This document shows, in pieces, positions 61,761-64,000 of a stretch of 64,000 bases of DNA. The DNA is taken from contig JAVEXG010000004.1 in the NCBI GenBank assembly GCA_034004115.1, positions 4,593-68,592 on the forward strand, read 5' to 3'. This DNA is from Bacteroidales bacterium (GTDB lineage: Bacteria; Bacteroidota; Bacteroidia; Bacteroidales; VadinHA17). The notes under the pieces were generated by a model. The model was not told the origin of the DNA. It searched no databases and was given only the letters and a program-made list of their open reading frames with translations. The position numbers and the translations under genes are program-made. Within the stretch, counting starts at the first letter, position 1. Each line of letters starts with the position of its first letter.

Positions 61761-63999
61761 AATCAAAATCATTAACCCTGTCCTCCACGCTGAAGTCAAA
61801 TGTTTCGCTAAGCGCCTGCCATCTGTTCTGACCTGTGTTCTTTTCATTCAGGTCGATATTTGCTGGCCTGTACTTGTACGGGGGATGTCCTGATGTGGTG
61901 TTGAAGCATCTCCACAGCGAATTTGCGGCTGCATCATACTGAGTCATCGGCGGCAGGCCAAGAACAAGTTCCATGGTACGAAGAAGAGACGTGGTTGTAT
62001 AGGGCGTGTGATCGACGAATCCCTTTTTCACAAATCCTCCTGCAAGAAGTGCAATACTCCTGTGGGCGTCAACATGATCGGGCCCGTTCTGTGCATCATC
62101 CTCAACGGAGATAATCAGGGTTTCGTTCCAGATCGGACTGTGACTCAGATAGTCCACAAACATTCCAAGTGCAAGGTCGTTATCGGCCACATGGGCAAAC
62201 GGTGTGGGCTTGCCAAGGCTGAGTCCCTGGGTATGATCGTTTATGAACCTGACTGTGTTGAACCGCGGAACCGCATTGATTGCAAGCAGTGAGTCAAAAT
62301 CGTGCTTCCACTGGTAAAATCGGACTGTATCCCTTATCGATTCATCCCATCCGGTGAAGTCACGGCAGTAATTGTTATGAAGCACTGCCAGCGTTGGCCT
62401 GCCATCGCTTACAAACTCACCGTAGGTGCGGTAGCTCACTCCTTTCTGCTTGCACATATCCCAGAAGAAGACCTTGTTGTTGGCTACTTCCCTGGCTCCT
62501 TCACCCGGATAGGTACCGCCCCTGTTGCCATAGCTTGTGGGCCAGTTCTTCTCCAGGAAATCGGTTGCGTAGGCTCCCATTGTCCAGTTGTGGCCGTCAG
62601 CGCTCACTTCGCCGTTTACATAGAAATTATCAAGAAGCACAAATTCCCTGGCAATTGCATGGTGATTCGGAGTGACCTTCTCACCGAAAAGAACCAGGTC
62701 GGGATCACCATTTCCTTCCGGTATATCGCCAAGTATCTGGTCGTAGGTGCGGTTTTCCTTGATGATGTAAAACACATATTTAATGGGAGATAAATCTCCA
62801 ACCTTCCGGGGTATTGGATTGCCTGCCTCTCCTTCGGAACTAAGTTCGTTCTCCTTGGTGTAGGGGGTGTTGGCATAGACAGCCTTCGAGTAAACACCGG
62901 CCATCCTGTCATCAGGCGGGTCAATAATACTAATGGTTCCCCTGAACAGGCCTCCTCCGATATACTGCACCTTAATTACCTGATCCCTGCCTCCTTCGTG
63001 GTGGATTACAACATCGCCGCTCCGGGCAGGATTGGGACCGTAGGGATTGGGAAGTGATGTCATCCCCTTGCCGTTTGTTACAAGTATCCTGTCTCCCGAC
63101 ACGCGTACGCTCGTCGGATACCAGCCTGTGGGAATAAAGCCCTTTCCCTTGCTTCTTCCCGGCACCGTGACATCAAAGACAGCCAGACAGTTATTGTCGG
63201 CATTTGCAACGTAGAGCGTCTTTTCATCCCTGCTCAGGGCAACTCCGTTTGTAGTCGATCCGCTCGGGGAATCGGGATATAGAGCCGAGTTGAGTGTCTC
63301 GACAACTCGTCGGGCCCTGGTGTCGATAACAGAGACATTGTTGTCATTTGCGTTTGCCACGAAGAGCCGGCTCCCGTCGGCGGTGATGCACATGTCGTTT
63401 GGATTGTCGCCGACATTTATCGTTCCGCTTATCTTCTGGGTGTAGGTGTCATAGATTACAACCTTGTCGCAGCCCCAGCAGGTTGCATAAAGTGTCTTTC
63501 TGTCGGGCGAGAGGATGCAGGTATAACCTTCTCCTCCAAGAGGAGTCTGCGATACTATGCTCTTTGTTATCAGGTCGATGGCATAGAGCATATTGTTCTC
63601 CTTGGTCACTGCATAGATAACCTTCTTCCTGTCGTCGAGGGCAAGACCAGCTATTGAGATCCTCTCGGGCCATGGCTTGCCGATCCTTATTGTATCGGTG
63701 TTGATTAGTTCCTTCCTGCGGATATTGTATTTTATTATCCAGTTGTCGTTTCCTCCCGATGCATAAAGGGCTTTGCCATTGTCAGAAAATGCCAGGCCCA
63801 GCCACGATTTGCCGATAATGACGGAGTCGGTCACTTTTCCCTTTTTTATGTCCACCAGGTGGATCATCTGGGTGCTCTGGCCGTTGTTGGTTATTGCGGC
63901 AAGCTTGCCGTTGGGCGAAACAGCAATGTTGAGGGGAAGATCCCCGAGTTGAAGCATCTTTCCTGCAGGTGTCAGGTGCCATCCGTTCGGCAGCACCAC
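61675..63999 (-). CDS. Bifunctional YncE/YVTN-type beta-propeller + phosphoesterase (PLC/AcpA-type) protein, partial (N-terminus beyond right edge)
   Basis: 774 aa are visible. The GTG at the window edge is probably an internal Val. The N-terminal half has repeated propeller blades (SPNGKLAAITNNG, SDNGKALYASGG, SPDRKTLYATC, TADGSRLFVANA, SRDEKTLYVANA). The C-terminal half has IKENRTYDQILGD...DNFY..GEVSADGHNW and EDDAQNGPDHVDAHRS, typical of the phosphoesterase family. Confidence 0.85.
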   Translation of the reverse strand: MVLPNGWHLTPAGKMLQLGDLPLNIAVSPNGKLAAITNNGQSTQMIHLVDIKKGKVTDSVIIGKSWLGLAFSDNGKALYASGGNDNWIIKYNIRRKELINTDTIRIGKPWPERISIAGLALDDRKKVIYAVTKENNMLYAIDLITKSIVSQTPLGGEGYTCILSPDRKTLYATCWGCDKVVIYDTYTQKISGTINVGDNPNDMCITADGSRLFVANANDNNVSVIDTRARRVVETLNSALYPDSPSGSTTNGVALSRDEKTLYVANADNNCLAVFDVTVPGRSKGKGFIPTGWYPTSVRVSGDRILVTNGKGMTSLPNPYGPNPARSGDVVIHHEGGRDQVIKVQYIGGGLFRGTISIIDPPDDRMAGVYSKAVYANTPYTKENELSSEGEAGNPIPRKVGDLSPIKYVFYIIKENRTYDQILGDIPEGNGDPDLVLFGEKVTPNHHAIAREFVLLDNFYVNGEVSADGHNWTMGAYATDFLEKNWPTSYGNRGGTYPGEGAREVANNKVFFWDMCKQKGVSYRTYGEFVSDGRPTLAVLHNNYCRDFTGWDESIRDTVRFYQWKHDFDSLLAINAVPRFNTVRFINDHTQGLSLGKPTPFAHVADNDLALGMFVDYLSHSPIWNETLIISVEDDAQNGPDHVDAHRSIALLAGGFVKKGFVDHTPYTTTSLLRTMELVLGLPPMTQYDAAANSLWRCFNTTSGHPPYKYRPANIDLNEKNTGQNRWQALSETFDFSVEDRVNDFDFNEVIWRSVKGLDSPCPPSVRAAFLAPF

Positions 64000-64000
64000 C

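Noticed and set aside
1-64000. Known anti-phage defence systems, toxin-antitoxin pairs, retrons/DGRs, integrons or secondary-metabolite clusters.
   Set aside because: Reading all ORFs of 60 aa or more on both strands, I saw no nuclease/helicase/ATPase defence architectures, reverse transcriptase, Cas, recombinase, attC-like sites (the GTTRRRY cores do not fit the hairpin repeats) or PKS/NRPS-type genes.

Overview
This 64-kb chromosomal window most likely comes from an anaerobic member of Bacteroidota. The taxon call rests on a T9SS C-terminal sorting domain, DUF4251/DUF4197-type families, a TetR-TolC-HlyD-ABC-ABC2 efflux layout and TAnnTTTG-like promoter boxes. I recognise about 58 protein genes and one tRNA-Val(GAC). 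I saw no rRNA, CRISPR/cas, integrase, transposase, reverse transcriptase or phage genes, so nothing here looks like a canonical mobile island or known defence system.

Gene content from left to right:
- DUF2207 (partial) and LemA.
- A BamB-like beta-propeller lipoprotein.
- A decayed mosaic gene remnant.
- A polytopic-membrane/P-loop NTPase fusion.
- A tightly packed operon: Tat-exported aldo/keto reductase, Psr/Phs-type molybdopterin oxidoreductase ABC, two half-size YeeE/YedE sulfur channels, a rhodanese-like protein whose only Cys is its C-terminal residue, then pncB-pncA with no gap.
- A DHOD-like paralog.
- A short KdpD-like kinase, KdpE-like regulator and TrkH.
- A secreted O-methyltransferase, GH43, an MBL hydrolase, an alpha/beta hydrolase and a membrane-tethered LytTR regulator.
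- A 7-gene efflux operon, then cysE-cysK, a lipase-like hydrolase, a TPR protein and an S41 peptidase.
- A CDP-alcohol phosphatidyltransferase, an ABM lipoprotein, and mtnA with a class II aldolase (DHAP-shunt-like pair).
- TetR, lgt and an Ig-like lipoprotein.
- A ROK / CBM9-like / SIS / ROK sugar cluster.
- An acyl-CoA ligase, ispD, DUF4197, tRNA-Val and DUF4251.
- A large T9SS beta-helix/discoidin cargo protein, a PLBD-like Ntn hydrolase lipoprotein, BlaI with a decayed BlaR-like sensor, and a partial YncE-propeller/phosphoesterase fusion.

The best candidate for something undescribed is the sulfur/molybdoenzyme operon at 6.2-13.3 kb with its unusual accessory genes. The most striking non-coding structure is a set of intergenic repeat families, including a nested 2 x ~347-bp tandem hairpin array at 42.3-43.0 kb and a MITE-like element at 15.3-15.5 kb. 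All functional calls come from reading motifs by eye. No database search was run.
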